IMG/VR virus record: IMGVR_UViG_3300020043_001012
Location: 1-36,294 of that record
Reading direction: 5' to 3' (one strand)
Length of the DNA: 36,294 nt
Source: a virus
Taxonomy: Duplodnaviria; Caudoviricetes
Shown here: positions 7,841 to 17,785 of the stretch, piece after piece
How the letters are laid out: each line of letters starts with the position of its first letter
Position numbering within the stretch: the stretch's first letter is position 1
The notes under the pieces: model-generated
Seen by the model: the letters and a program-made list of their open reading frames with translations, nothing else
Databases searched by the model: none
What the model was told of the DNA's origin: nothing
Translations under genes and position numbers: made by a program

Positions 7841-9282
7841 TGAAATCCCCTATCCTTGGCTCCTCTTATGTGGCACGCAGCGTCAATGCTGCCGACAACC
7901 GCATGGTCAACTTGTACCCCGAGATGGTTCCCGAGGGTGGCAAGGAAGCGGCGTTTCTAACCCGTTGCCCAGGCTTGCTGCGCAAGTCATCCGTGGGTAC
8001 TGGTCCGATCCGTGGTATGTGGCAAATTAAAGGCGCAATGTACGCTGTGTCTGGCACAGGCTTCTACAAAGTCGAAGTCTATGGTCGCACGCGCCTCAAG
8101 GGTACTTTGATCGGCACAGTCACAGGCACTGGTCCTGTGTCCATGTCGGACAACGGCACGCAGATCTTTATTGCCTGCAACCCTGACGGCTTCATCTACA
8201 ACACCACCACCGCAGTGTTTGCGCAGATCACCGACCCTGATTTTCCAGGCGCTGTGACCGTTGGCTACCTTGACGGCTACTTTGTGTTCAATGAACCCAA
8301 TAGCTCTCGCGTGTGGGTGACCTCGCTGCTTGACGGTCTGTCAATCGACCCGTTGGACTTTGCCAGCGCCGAAGGTGACCCTGATGGTTTGGTGTCTTTG
8401 ATCGTGGACCACCGTGAAGCATGGTTGTTCGGCACAAACTCAATTGAGGTTTGGTATGACGCAGGTCTGGCCGACTTCCCATTACAGCGCATTCAAGGCG
8501 CTTTTAACGAAATTGGTTGTGCTGCCCCCTACTCGGTTGCAAAACTCGATAACGGCCTGTTTTGGCTCGGTTCTGACGCCCGTGGACGAGGTATCGTCTA
8601 CCGCGCCAACGGCTACACAGGTCAGCGCATCTCTACTCATGCAATCGAGTGGCAAATTCAAGAGTATTCCGACATCTCGGACGCCATTGGCTACACCTAT
8701 CAACAAGATGGTCATGCCTTCTATGTGCTGATTTTCCCAACTGCACAAACCACTTGGGTCTACGATGTGGCGACTCAGGCTTGGCATGAGCGTGCTGGTT
8801 GGTCCAACGGTGAGTTTGTGCGTCATCGCTCGAACTGCCAAGTCGTCTTCAACAATGAAGTGCTTGTCGGTGACTTTGAGAACGGCAACATTTACGCCTA
8901 CGACTTGAACGACTACACCGACAACGGTGATGTCCAGAAGTGGTTGCGCTCATGGCGTGCGCTTCCCACAGGTCAGAACGATCTCAAGCGGTCATCTCAG
9001 CACAACCTTCAGATCGACTGTGAAGCCGGTGTGGGCACAAACACAGGTCAAGGTAGCGATCCTCAAATGATGATGCGCTGGTCCGACGATGGTGGCCACA
9101 CATGGTCCAATGAAAAGTGGTTACCAATCGGCAAGATTGGTGAGTATTTCCGACGTGTCATTTACCGCCGACTTGGGATGACATTGAAGCTGCGTGACCG
9201 TGTTTATGAGATTTCGGGCACAGATCCTGTGAAAATCACTATCATGGGTGCTCAGATTTACGTGACGCCTACCAATGCCTGA
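7840..9282 (+). CDS. Packaged-DNA stabilization / tail hub protein (P22 gp10 family)
   Basis: 480 aa beta-propeller-like; LDGYFVF, FASAEGDPD, RISTHAIE, TWVYD..T..WHER, WSDDGGHTWS. Confidence 0.9.
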   Translation: MKSPILGSSYVARSVNAADNRMVNLYPEMVPEGGKEAAFLTRCPGLLRKSSVGTGPIRGMWQIKGAMYAVSGTGFYKVEVYGRTRLKGTLIGTVTGTGPVSMSDNGTQIFIACNPDGFIYNTTTAVFAQITDPDFPGAVTVGYLDGYFVFNEPNSSRVWVTSLLDGLSIDPLDFASAEGDPDGLVSLIVDHREAWLFGTNSIEVWYDAGLADFPLQRIQGAFNEIGCAAPYSVAKLDNGLFWLGSDARGRGIVYRANGYTGQRISTHAIEWQIQEYSDISDAIGYTYQQDGHAFYVLIFPTAQTTWVYDVATQAWHERAGWSNGEFVRHRSNCQVVFNNEVLVGDFENGNIYAYDLNDYTDNGDVQKWLRSWRALPTGQNDLKRSSQHNLQIDCEAGVGTNTGQGSDPQMMMRWSDDGGHTWSNEKWLPIGKIGEYFRRVIYRRLGMTLKLRDRVYEISGTDPVKITIMGAQIYVTPTNA

Positions 9283-11167
9283 TCAACAAAACATAACCAA
9301 TATCCCGTCCAATCGTGTTGAGTTCATCGACTCGCGCACGGGTTTGGTTTCGCGTGAGTGGTATCGCTTTTTCCTAAACCTGTTTAATCTGGCAGGCGCT
9401 GGCAGCAACCAGATCTCGCTTGACGAGTTGCAGATTGGTCCACCTCCGCAGCCTGATTCGGGTTCTGGTGGCGGTGGCGGTGGCGGCTCAGGTACGGTGA
9501 CATCGGTTCAAGTGTCTGGTGGCACAACTGGCCTGACAACAAGCGGTGGTCCAATCACATCAAGTGGCACTATCACGATTGACGGCACGTTGGACATTGC
9601 CAACGGCGGTACAGGTGCTACGACTGCTGCTGGTGCTCCATTTGCGCTCAAGGGTGCGAACGCTGACATCACCAGCATGTCTGGCATTACTGGCGGCATT
9701 TCGTCCCCTGATTACATCGACTTTGACACAACCGCTGCACCAGCGCGTGCTACTGGTCGATTGTGGTGGGACAACGCTGACGGCATCCAAACCTTGAACC
9801 TCGGTATGGCTGGCTCCAACGCCACCATGCAAATTGGTGAGGAGATGTATTTCCGCATCAAGGCAAGCGCGGCCATCACCGAGGGTCAAGTTGTCATGTT
9901 CACGGGCACTGTGGGTGCGTCTGGTGCGCTACAGGGTGCGCCAGCTACAGGATTGACTGCAACGACTGCTCAATACGTCATGGGTGTGGCCACTGAGAGC
10001 ATTGCGCTCAACGGTTGGGGTTATGTGACCCAGTTTGGTCTGGTGCGCGGTATTGACACATCGGGTGGTGCTGAGGTGTGGGCTGATGGCGACATCTTGT
10101 ACTACGACCCTACAGTCACAGGTGGTTTGACAAAAACACTTCCCAGCGCACCTAACGCCAAGGTGGTTGTGGCCGCTGTCATCTACGCCAGCGCGTCAAA
10201 TGGTTCATTGTTTGTGCGTCCCGCCTTTGGTGGTGAACTTGGTCAGTATGAGGGTAATGTAGGCTTTGGCACGCTGTCCAACGGCGACTTGATGCAGTAC
10301 GACAGTGGTGCAGGTAAGTGGACCAATGTGCCATCCAGCACATTCGGCACTGGTTCTGTCACGTCTGTGGATGCCACAGGCGGCACGGGTATCTCTGTGT
10401 CTGGTGGTCCAATCACCACCAGCGGCACGTTGACCATCACAAACACTGCACCAGATCAAGTGGTGTCGCTGACCCAAGGTGGTACAACCACAATCACGGG
10501 CACATACCCCAATTTCACAATCAGTTCCAGTGATGCCTACACGGGCACAGTGACATCGGTGGCCACCGCAGGTAGTGTCAGTGGACTGACCTTAACTGGT
10601 GGACCCATTACATCGTCTGGCACAATCACCCTTGGTGGCACTTTGGCTGTCACCCCGTCCGACTTTGCGTCACAGACAGCCAACACCTTCTTGGCCGCAC
10701 CAAACGGCTCTGCTGGCACACCCAGCTTCCGCGCTATCGTGGCCGCAGATGTACCTACCCTAAACCAAAACACCACGGGTACTGCGGATAACGTCACAGG
10801 CACGGTGGCCATCGCCAACGGTGGTACGGGTCAAACTAGCCAGACTGCGGCATTTGATGCGCTGTCTCCCACCACAACCAAGGGCGATCTGATCGTCAGC
10901 AACGGTACAGATAACGTCCGATTGGCTGTGGGTACAGACGCTTACGTGTTGACGGCTGATGCTGCATCGGCTGCTGGTGTCAAGTGGGCTGCTGCGGCTG
11001 CTGGTGGTAGTAACATTACAACAAAAGGAATGTGGGAGAATGCACTCACAATCTCGTCAAACTACACCATCACCTCGGGCAACAGCGCCATGTCTGCTGG
11101 ACCCATCACCATTGCGTCTGGTGTCAGTGTGACAGTACCATCTGGCTCACGCTGGGTCGTCGTCTAA
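9275..11167 (+). CDS. Tail fibre protein
   Basis: 630 aa, Gly/Thr/Ser-rich. Three (T/S)VTSV...GGPIT.SGT repeats, two IANGGTG repeats, and a C-terminal YTI...AGPITIASGVSVTVPSGSRWVVV motif. Confidence 0.8.
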   Translation: MPDQQNITNIPSNRVEFIDSRTGLVSREWYRFFLNLFNLAGAGSNQISLDELQIGPPPQPDSGSGGGGGGGSGTVTSVQVSGGTTGLTTSGGPITSSGTITIDGTLDIANGGTGATTAAGAPFALKGANADITSMSGITGGISSPDYIDFDTTAAPARATGRLWWDNADGIQTLNLGMAGSNATMQIGEEMYFRIKASAAITEGQVVMFTGTVGASGALQGAPATGLTATTAQYVMGVATESIALNGWGYVTQFGLVRGIDTSGGAEVWADGDILYYDPTVTGGLTKTLPSAPNAKVVVAAVIYASASNGSLFVRPAFGGELGQYEGNVGFGTLSNGDLMQYDSGAGKWTNVPSSTFGTGSVTSVDATGGTGISVSGGPITTSGTLTITNTAPDQVVSLTQGGTTTITGTYPNFTISSSDAYTGTVTSVATAGSVSGLTLTGGPITSSGTITLGGTLAVTPSDFASQTANTFLAAPNGSAGTPSFRAIVAADVPTLNQNTTGTADNVTGTVAIANGGTGQTSQTAAFDALSPTTTKGDLIVSNGTDNVRLAVGTDAYVLTADAASAAGVKWAAAAAGGSNITTKGMWENALTISSNYTITSGNSAMSAGPITIASGVSVTVPSGSRWVVV

Positions 11168-11176
11168 GGAATCGAA

Positions 11177-11518
11177 ATGCCCGTCATTGCAAAAAACCTA
11201 GTACCTGCCAAGTTCGTCGAGGATGCTCAGACGACGCAGTACATCGTGAGCAGCAACATCACGGCTACCATCATTGACAAGTTCACAGCTACCAACGTCA
11301 GTGGTTCATCGGCCACCATTAGCGTCAACATCGTCACTGGTTCTGGTACTGCTGGGGATCAGAACTTGATCACAAAGGAAAAAACTTTGGCGGCGTCCGA
11401 GGTTTACACATTCCCTGAGTTGGTGGGTCAAATCCTGCCAAACAGCGCGTTCATTTCGACTATTGCCAGTGCTGCTAGTGCAATCAACATGCGCGTCAGT
11501 GGACGGGAGATTTCCTGA
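11177..11518 (+). CDS. Hypothetical virion protein (113 aa, beta-rich)
   Basis: AAGGAA RBS; sits in the tail module and is coupled to the next gene (TGATG). Confidence 0.7.
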   Translation: MPVIAKNLVPAKFVEDAQTTQYIVSSNITATIIDKFTATNVSGSSATISVNIVTGSGTAGDQNLITKEKTLAASEVYTFPELVGQILPNSAFISTIASAASAINMRVSGREIS

Positions 11519-11982
11519 TGAATGTCACATACGGTAAAGAGTTTGGGTTGTCACCAACCGAGTCAATGATTGACAAAGTAAAGACGCTTCAAGCAGAATT
11601 GTCCAAACTGCCGCAATACCAACCAGAAACGAAACATTACTTTCATGCGGGAATGTACTGCCGCGAAGTGTTCCGTCACGCTGGTGTGCTGGTTGTAGGT
11701 GCTGTTCACAAAAAAGAACACATGTATTTAATTGTGTCAGGTACGGTGTCGATCACAACAGACGACGGTGTTCAAACCGTTACAGGACCACACTTGTTTC
11801 TAAGTAAGCCTGGCACAAAGCGTGCTGTGTTTGCTGAAACCGACGCTCTGTGCATGACTTTTCATGTCATTGAGGAAAAATCAATCGAGGAAGTAGAAGC
11901 TGAATTGGTTGAAGTAGAGGATAATAATATGTACTTATCTGGCAATATGGTCAAACAAGAAGTTCTGGAGGTGTCGCCATGA
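11518..11982 (+). CDS. Cupin-fold-like protein
   Basis: HYFHAGMYCRE...GAVHKKEH...SG.VSI...GTKRAVFAETD....TFH pattern of RmlC-like cupins. Confidence 0.6.
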   Translation: MNVTYGKEFGLSPTESMIDKVKTLQAELSKLPQYQPETKHYFHAGMYCREVFRHAGVLVVGAVHKKEHMYLIVSGTVSITTDDGVQTVTGPHLFLSKPGTKRAVFAETDALCMTFHVIEEKSIEEVEAELVEVEDNNMYLSGNMVKQEVLEVSP

Positions 11983-12689
11983 CATTTTGGGTAGCAGGTG
12001 CAGTTGTAGTCAGTGGCGCGTTGGGTGCAAATGCCGCAGGTGATGCGGCAGACGCTCAATTACAGGGTTCTCGTGAATCAACCGCAGCACAGGAGCGCAT
12101 GTTCGACAAACAAAACGAACTGCAAAAACCTTGGCGCGAGGCTGGTGAACAAGCACTTAATAAATTAACACCGTTGGCGCTGAACTATCAAAAGTTCGGC
12201 ATGGATCAGTTCACAGCCGATCCAGGTTACGCATTCCGTTTTTCAGAAGGTCAGAAAGCGTTGGATCGTCAAGCTGCTGCCCGTGGTGGTCTGATCTCGG
12301 GTTCTGCTCTCAAAGCAGCTACTCGATATGGTCAAGACATGGGTTCGCAGGAATACACCAATGCGTTCAACCGATACCAGACCGAGCGTGCCGCACAATT
12401 GAACCCATTGCAATCTTTGGCAGGTGTGGGTCAAACCTCGGCAAACACCATGAGTCAAGCTGCTGGTAACCTTGGTGCTGCTCAAGGTGCTAACGCAGTC
12501 AACGCTGGTAATGCTCGTGCGTCGGGTTATGTGGGTCAAACCAACGCAATGAATCAAGGGTTGAGCACATACCTGAATTACAGCCAAAATCAAAATATGA
12601 TGAACATGATGAATCAAAATCAGTATGGTCCTAACTATGGACAATACACACCTGGTTCATCATCATTCGTCGGCCCAATGCCCCAGTAA
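11979..12689 (+). CDS. DNA ejection/transfer protein (P22 gp7-like)
   Basis: Hydrophobic Gly/Ala N-terminus, DPGYAFR..EGQKAL, AAARGGLISG.ALK, Gln/Asn-rich tail. Confidence 0.75.
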   Translation: MTFWVAGAVVVSGALGANAAGDAADAQLQGSRESTAAQERMFDKQNELQKPWREAGEQALNKLTPLALNYQKFGMDQFTADPGYAFRFSEGQKALDRQAAARGGLISGSALKAATRYGQDMGSQEYTNAFNRYQTERAAQLNPLQSLAGVGQTSANTMSQAAGNLGAAQGANAVNAGNARASGYVGQTNAMNQGLSTYLNYSQNQNMMNMMNQNQYGPNYGQYTPGSSSFVGPMPQ

Positions 12690-12698
12690 GGAATAGTC

Positions 12699-13922
12699 AT
12701 GGCAACAGTCGATCCATCAATTGCACTAGGTGTCAAGCCTTTACAGCTTGACAACCCTATGAACGCCATGGCGATGTACTCACAGATCCAAGGTGCTCAA
12801 CAAGCAAACCAACTCAACCAGATGAAAATGGCTGAGTACGAACGTGCGCGTACCGAAGAAGAAGGTGTGCGTAACGCACTCGCTCGTGGTGACATCAAGC
12901 TTGACACCCCCGAGGGTCGCGCTGGGTTGTTGAAATATGGCAAGACTGGTTTGGAGTACGGTAAAGCGTTGACAGAGCAGCAAAAATCAGCAACCGAACG
13001 TCAAGCAGCAGAGGTCAAACTTGTTGATGACAAGCTTAAACAATCGCGTAATTTTTTAGAAGGTATTCAAACTGCCGATCAATATCTTGCGTGGCATGAA
13101 GCTAATCATCGTGATCCCGTGCTGGGTCCAATGTTGGCATCTCGCGGTATTACCGCAGATCAATCTCGTGCGCGAATCATGGGTGAGTTGAATAAACCTG
13201 GTGGTTTGCAAAAGCTGATCAATGAATCAAAACTAGGTGTTGAAAAGTTTGCCGAGCGCAACACGATGACTGCTGCTGAAACCGCCAATCTTGGTGTTGC
13301 TCAAGGTCATCTGAAACTTGCTCAAGAAAATGCAGCTAAACCAGTGTGGAACGAAGCTGGTCAAAGTTGGATTACACCACCTAACGCTAAGAATCCAGCG
13401 GGTACGGTTACACCCGTGCCTGAAATGAAAGCCACAAAGGATCAGCAATCCGCAATCAAGGCTTTGACATCGGCAGGCTACAACCCTGTCACTGGTGAAG
13501 ATACGATTTCCAAACTTATCAACAAATCGACAAGTGGTGGACTTCAAACATTGTCTTCTGCTGCAATTGGTCACATTTTTGGAGCTTCAACAGAAGGTCG
13601 CAGAGCGATTGCTGCGCTTGAAGGTACAGCTAACCAAATGGCAACCGATATTGCAGGTGGAAAACTTGGCGCTGGTGTGTCCAACACTGACCGTGAATTT
13701 ATCGTTAGCGCCTTGGGTGATGTAGCTAATCCTATGAAACCTGCTGGTGATCGTCTTGCTGGTTGGGAAGCTGCCAAGGCTCGTATGATGCGTACAGGCA
13801 TGATTCCAGCCCCTGCTGGTGCTGGTGGTACACCTGCTGCGGCTGTACCCCCTACACCCAAAGGTGTTGATAATTCGATCTGGAATGCAATGACACCAGA
13901 GGAACGCGCACTATGGAAATGA
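12699..13922 (+). CDS. Putative DNA ejection protein (gp20 position)
   Basis: 407 aa, helical and Ala/Gln-rich; second of three genes after the tail genes. Confidence 0.6.
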   Translation: MATVDPSIALGVKPLQLDNPMNAMAMYSQIQGAQQANQLNQMKMAEYERARTEEEGVRNALARGDIKLDTPEGRAGLLKYGKTGLEYGKALTEQQKSATERQAAEVKLVDDKLKQSRNFLEGIQTADQYLAWHEANHRDPVLGPMLASRGITADQSRARIMGELNKPGGLQKLINESKLGVEKFAERNTMTAAETANLGVAQGHLKLAQENAAKPVWNEAGQSWITPPNAKNPAGTVTPVPEMKATKDQQSAIKALTSAGYNPVTGEDTISKLINKSTSGGLQTLSSAAIGHIFGASTEGRRAIAALEGTANQMATDIAGGKLGAGVSNTDREFIVSALGDVANPMKPAGDRLAGWEAAKARMMRTGMIPAPAGAGGTPAAAVPPTPKGVDNSIWNAMTPEERALWK

Positions 13923-15982
13923 CGATTGACCAGCAACGTGCAATGGCTATGGCTGCTGCACGCCTTCGATTGCAACAACAATCGGTTGCGCCAGAATCAT
14001 CTACGTATCAAAAGGTGCGTGAGTTTGTTACACCCACTGTTGAGGCACTCGGTGCTATCGGTGGTGGTGCGCTGGGTGCAACCGCAGGCACATTTGGTGC
14101 TGGTCCCGTAGGTACAGTTGTCGGTGGTGTCGCTGGTGCTGGCTTGGGTTACGGTATAGCCAAAGAAGGCTTAGAAGCTGCCGATGTGTATTTCGGTGGG
14201 AAAGCCCCACGTCAAGGCATTGCGCAAGTCACAGAGCCTGTTAAAAACGTGCTTGAGGGTGCGTCTATGGAAGCGGGTGGTCAAGTCCTTGGTAAAGGTC
14301 TTGGTTATGCACTTGGTAAGGTTGCTGATTTGCGTCAAGTACCTGCTCAAAAAGCTGCAAAGATTGCACGAAACGCATTGGGTGAGGATTTACCACAGGT
14401 GTTGAATGCACTTCGCAGTGCTCCAGCAAACGCAAACATTGCTGAACTGACTGCCAAATTTGAGAACCCTGCATGGCAGGCATTGGTCAAAGACGCTTTG
14501 GAAAAAGACCCTCAGTTTGTTCGCAAAATGCGATTGATGGACGAAGGTCAATCGTTGAACGCCTTGAGTAAATTGGCTGGTGGTCAAACTGCTGCCGAGA
14601 CTCGCGCTGTCAGTGAATCTACCAAGAACAATTTGAATGCTGTCACAGGTCCAATGCGCGACTCAGCACTGAATCGTGCAAACTTGGGTAAAGCTGTTGC
14701 TGAGTACGAGTCACAAGCTGGTCAACTGAGTCAAGAAGCCGCTGCTAAGGTTGCAGATGTGCGTCGATTGGTGAACGCTGGCAATCTTGCAGAAGCCTCT
14801 GCACGACTCGACTTGATTAAGCAAGGTCGCCCTGTGGGTGCTGCCCAATACACCTACAAGGGTGAGTTGGCTCAAATGGCTGACGAGTGGGCATCTAAGG
14901 CTGCTGACGCATCTCTCGATCTAGGTCAAGGTGCTCGGTTTGCCCAAGGTGCTGCTGATGCGATGCGCTCAGTGGGTATCAAACCACTTGAGGGTGAATC
15001 ACTTGCACGCAGCATCAGTGGTATCGCAAACAAACCAGAATTTGCTGGCAATGATTTACTCGAAGGTGCTGCCAAAAATGTGGCCGACGATATTGCAAAG
15101 TGGACAGGAAGCGGTGGTGTCGTGGATGCCAAAGCCCTCGATGCCATTCGCAAGAACTCAGTGAATGCCGCGATTCAAAAGCTGCGCCCAGGTGCTGACG
15201 CAACAACCCAACGCAATCTGGCAGCGGGTGTGTTGTCAAAGATCAAACCTGTTCTTGATGACGCTATTGAGGCGGCTGGTGGTGAAGGCTACAAACAATA
15301 CTTGGCAGACTATGCCAAGGGTATGCAACGCATCAATGAGAAGAAGTTGACAGGTGAAGCCCTGCGTCTGTGGAAAACAGACAAAGATGCTTTTGTCAAA
15401 CTGGTTCAAAACGATTCACCAGATGTTGTTGAAAAGTTCCTCGGTCCTGGCAACTACAACATCGCCAAAGAGTTGGCAGATGACACATTGTCAGTGTTGC
15501 AAAAAGAAGCCGAGAACCATCTAACCAAGATGTCCGTCAAGGAGCAGGTCAGTGAAGGTGGTGCAGCTTTGTCGCAACTGTTAAAACAAGAAGCCTCGCG
15601 CTTCCGTTTCCCATCATTCCTGAGCTTTTGGGCTTCTGCTGGTAACAAGACACTGAGTGAGCTTGAGCGCAACATCGGCACTAAGTCGATGAAACAGTTG
15701 ACCGAAGCGATGAAGACACCCGAGGGTGCTGCAAACCTGTTGGAGACTTTACCAGCGGCTGAACGCAGTCAGGTGTTGAAGTTGATCTCTGACCCAGCTA
15801 CTTTGCAATCTGGTAAGTTTGCATCAAAAGAACTCGGATTAAAAGGGTACGAGGATGCTCAAGCTGCTGCAAATCGCGCCCAGCGATCAGCAAATGCCTT
15901 GCGAACTGGTGCAACTGTAGGTGCTGTAAATGCACTATCTCCACAGCGTATAGAATTACGTGGCATGGCCAATAAGGAATAA
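13919..15982 (+). CDS. Putative large DNA ejection protein (gp16 position)
   Basis: About 687 aa, Ala-rich and helical, with an N-terminal glycine-zipper hydrophobic segment (GAIGGGALGATAG...GGVAGAGLG). ATG 13919 overlaps the upstream TGA; 13913 is an alternative start. Confidence 0.65.
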   Translation: MTIDQQRAMAMAAARLRLQQQSVAPESSTYQKVREFVTPTVEALGAIGGGALGATAGTFGAGPVGTVVGGVAGAGLGYGIAKEGLEAADVYFGGKAPRQGIAQVTEPVKNVLEGASMEAGGQVLGKGLGYALGKVADLRQVPAQKAAKIARNALGEDLPQVLNALRSAPANANIAELTAKFENPAWQALVKDALEKDPQFVRKMRLMDEGQSLNALSKLAGGQTAAETRAVSESTKNNLNAVTGPMRDSALNRANLGKAVAEYESQAGQLSQEAAAKVADVRRLVNAGNLAEASARLDLIKQGRPVGAAQYTYKGELAQMADEWASKAADASLDLGQGARFAQGAADAMRSVGIKPLEGESLARSISGIANKPEFAGNDLLEGAAKNVADDIAKWTGSGGVVDAKALDAIRKNSVNAAIQKLRPGADATTQRNLAAGVLSKIKPVLDDAIEAAGGEGYKQYLADYAKGMQRINEKKLTGEALRLWKTDKDAFVKLVQNDSPDVVEKFLGPGNYNIAKELADDTLSVLQKEAENHLTKMSVKEQVSEGGAALSQLLKQEASRFRFPSFLSFWASAGNKTLSELERNIGTKSMKQLTEAMKTPEGAANLLETLPAAERSQVLKLISDPATLQSGKFASKELGLKGYEDAQAAANRAQRSANALRTGATVGAVNALSPQRIELRGMANKE

Positions 15983-15984
15983 AG

Positions 15985-16737
15985 ATGGCATCACTATCAC
16001 CCACCCCCAAGCTACAGTTCTTCGGATCTGACGGCCTTCCACTCGTCGGTGGCAAGCTGTACACGTATGCCGCTGGCACAACGACTCCTTTGGCCACGTA
16101 CACCGATCACACGGCTAGCACATCCAACACGAACCCAGTGATTCTGGATTCTGCTGGTGAAGCTGATGTATGGTTGCCCGAGACTACAGCTTACAAATAT
16201 GTGCTCAAGGATGCGGATGATGTCACCTTGTTCACTGTGGACTATGTGTCTGTGCCTCTCACGGCCAACTCATTTGCATCACCCCCACCCATCGGTAACG
16301 ATGTGCCTAACTCGGGTACGTTCACCACACTCAACGTCACTGGCGCAACGATCTTTGAGAACACCGCTGAGTTTACAGAAGACACTGAGTTTGCCGCAGA
16401 TGTGACGATTGCAGGCCGCTTGTCTCTCACGGGTACAGGTGCTGCCAAACTCAACGTTGGTACAACTTCTCAGCGCCCTGCTTCACCCGTAGATGGTGAC
16501 ATTCGATACAACACCACAACGCTCAAGTACGAGGGTTACAGTGCTGGATCATGGGGTCAGTTGGGTGGTGGTGCTACAGGTGGTGGTAGTGACCAGATCT
16601 TTAACTTGAACGGTCAAACTGTCAACGTCGATTACACTATCCCAACAGGCTTTAACGCAAGCACCGTTGGTCCTATCACAATTGCCGAAGGTGTCACAGT
16701 TACTGTTCCTGACAACAGTAATTGGGTCATCCTCTAA
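15985..16737 (+). CDS. Tailspike/fibre proximal (virion-attachment) protein
   Basis: N-terminal QFF..DG.PL.GGKLYTYAAGTTTPLATYTD...NTNPVILD..G attachment-type domain, a GTTSQRP....GDIRYNTT fibre motif, and a C-terminal motif shared with 9275..11167. Confidence 0.7.
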   Translation: MASLSPTPKLQFFGSDGLPLVGGKLYTYAAGTTTPLATYTDHTASTSNTNPVILDSAGEADVWLPETTAYKYVLKDADDVTLFTVDYVSVPLTANSFASPPPIGNDVPNSGTFTTLNVTGATIFENTAEFTEDTEFAADVTIAGRLSLTGTGAAKLNVGTTSQRPASPVDGDIRYNTTTLKYEGYSAGSWGQLGGGATGGGSDQIFNLNGQTVNVDYTIPTGFNASTVGPITIAEGVTVTVPDNSNWVIL

Positions 16738-16746
16738 GGAGAAAAT

Positions 16747-16965
16747 ATGAGTTCTGTTGTTCTTACAGGTAACACATCGGGGTCAATTTCGATTACCACA
16801 CCTGATGTCGCTGGATCTAATGTAGTGACACTTCCAGCATCAACAGGAAACATGTTGGTTTCAACGGCTGTGTCGAGTTCTACGACAAATACGGTGACCA
16901 ATAAAATTGCAGTAAGTATCAACGGAACTACTTACTATCTTCTAGCATCTACATCTGGAACTTGA
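16747..16965 (+). CDS. Small Ser/Thr-rich fibre-module protein (72 aa)
   Basis: Strong RBS AAGGAG; MSSVVLTGNTSGSISITTP..AGSNVVTLPASTG. Confidence 0.65.
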   Translation: MSSVVLTGNTSGSISITTPDVAGSNVVTLPASTGNMLVSTAVSSSTTNTVTNKIAVSINGTTYYLLASTSGT

Positions 16966-16967
16966 TC

Positions 16968-17141
16968 ATGACCACACCTACCAAAATCATCGTAGACCTC
17001 ACAACTGGTCAAACCACAGAAGTCGCACTCGAAGGCGCTGAGTTGGAGGCGTACAACGCATCACTGGCTCAACAAGCTGCTGAGGCTGCTGCTCAAGAAA
17101 CTCCTGCACCAACAACTCCTGCACCAACAGAAGGTGAATAA
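16968..17141 (+). CDS. Small acidic protein (57 aa), possible fibre assembly chaperone; not in the ORF track
   Basis: MTTPTKIIVDLTTGQTTEVALEGAELEAYNASLAQQAAEAAAQETPAPTTPAPTEGE*. It fills the gap exactly, and its TAA overlaps the next ATG. Confidence 0.7.
   Translation: MTTPTKIIVDLTTGQTTEVALEGAELEAYNASLAQQAAEAAAQETPAPTTPAPTEGE
17100..17129 (+). repeat. 15-bp tandem duplication (ACTCCTGCACCAACA x2)
   Basis: Read directly from the sequence; encodes TPAPT-TPAPT. Confidence 0.9.
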
Positions 17142-17782
17142 TGACTGCAACTATCAACGCATCAACATCATCGGGGTTAATCACCACCGCTGACACCAGT
17201 GGAACGCTGGCGCTGCAAAGCAATGGTACAACTCAAGCTCAAATTGATTCAACGGGTGTTACGTTGAAAGCTGGAGGTTCTACGCAATTCACAGTTGCAT
17301 CTACTGGATCGTATGGTCAATTGAAACGTGGTACTGCTGTTGCATCTACGTCAGGCACTTCGATTGAGTTCACGTCAGTTCCATCTTGGGTGAAACGAAT
17401 CACACTAGTGTTGCAACGTGTGACCACATCAAGTACTGCTCAATGGATTGTTCAGATCGGCAGTGGTTCATTTTCTACAAGTGGTTACGAAAGCGTTTCA
17501 CAAGCCACCTACTCGGGTTCTGGTGCAACAATTTCTCAAACAACAGGTATGGCCATTTTCCACAATGCTGCCGCAACCTACGTTTCAGGAACCATGACGT
17601 TTTCAAACATAGATGGAAACATTTGGGTTCAAGATCACACAACCTCTTACAGCGTTGCAGGCTCAAATCAGGGTGCTGGCTACACTAGTCTCGGTGGTGT
17701 ACTTGACCGCATCCGAATCACTACGGTTGGTGGCGCAAACACCTTCACTGGTGGTTCAATCAACATCATGTACGAGGGTTAA
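17141..17782 (+). CDS. Tail-fibre-associated adhesin-like protein (213 aa)
   Basis: Ser/Thr/Gly-rich with a beta-sandwich-like C-terminal domain (STSGTSIEFTSVPSWVKRIT...LDRIRITT...FTGGSINIMYE). Confidence 0.65.
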   Translation: MTATINASTSSGLITTADTSGTLALQSNGTTQAQIDSTGVTLKAGGSTQFTVASTGSYGQLKRGTAVASTSGTSIEFTSVPSWVKRITLVLQRVTTSSTAQWIVQIGSGSFSTSGYESVSQATYSGSGATISQTTGMAIFHNAAATYVSGTMTFSNIDGNIWVQDHTTSYSVAGSNQGAGYTSLGGVLDRIRITTVGGANTFTGGSINIMYEG

Positions 17783-17785
17783 ACC

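Noticed and set aside
9461-9490. GGTGGC/GGCGGT short repeats
   Set aside because: They encode a poly-Gly hinge and are not a separate repeat element.
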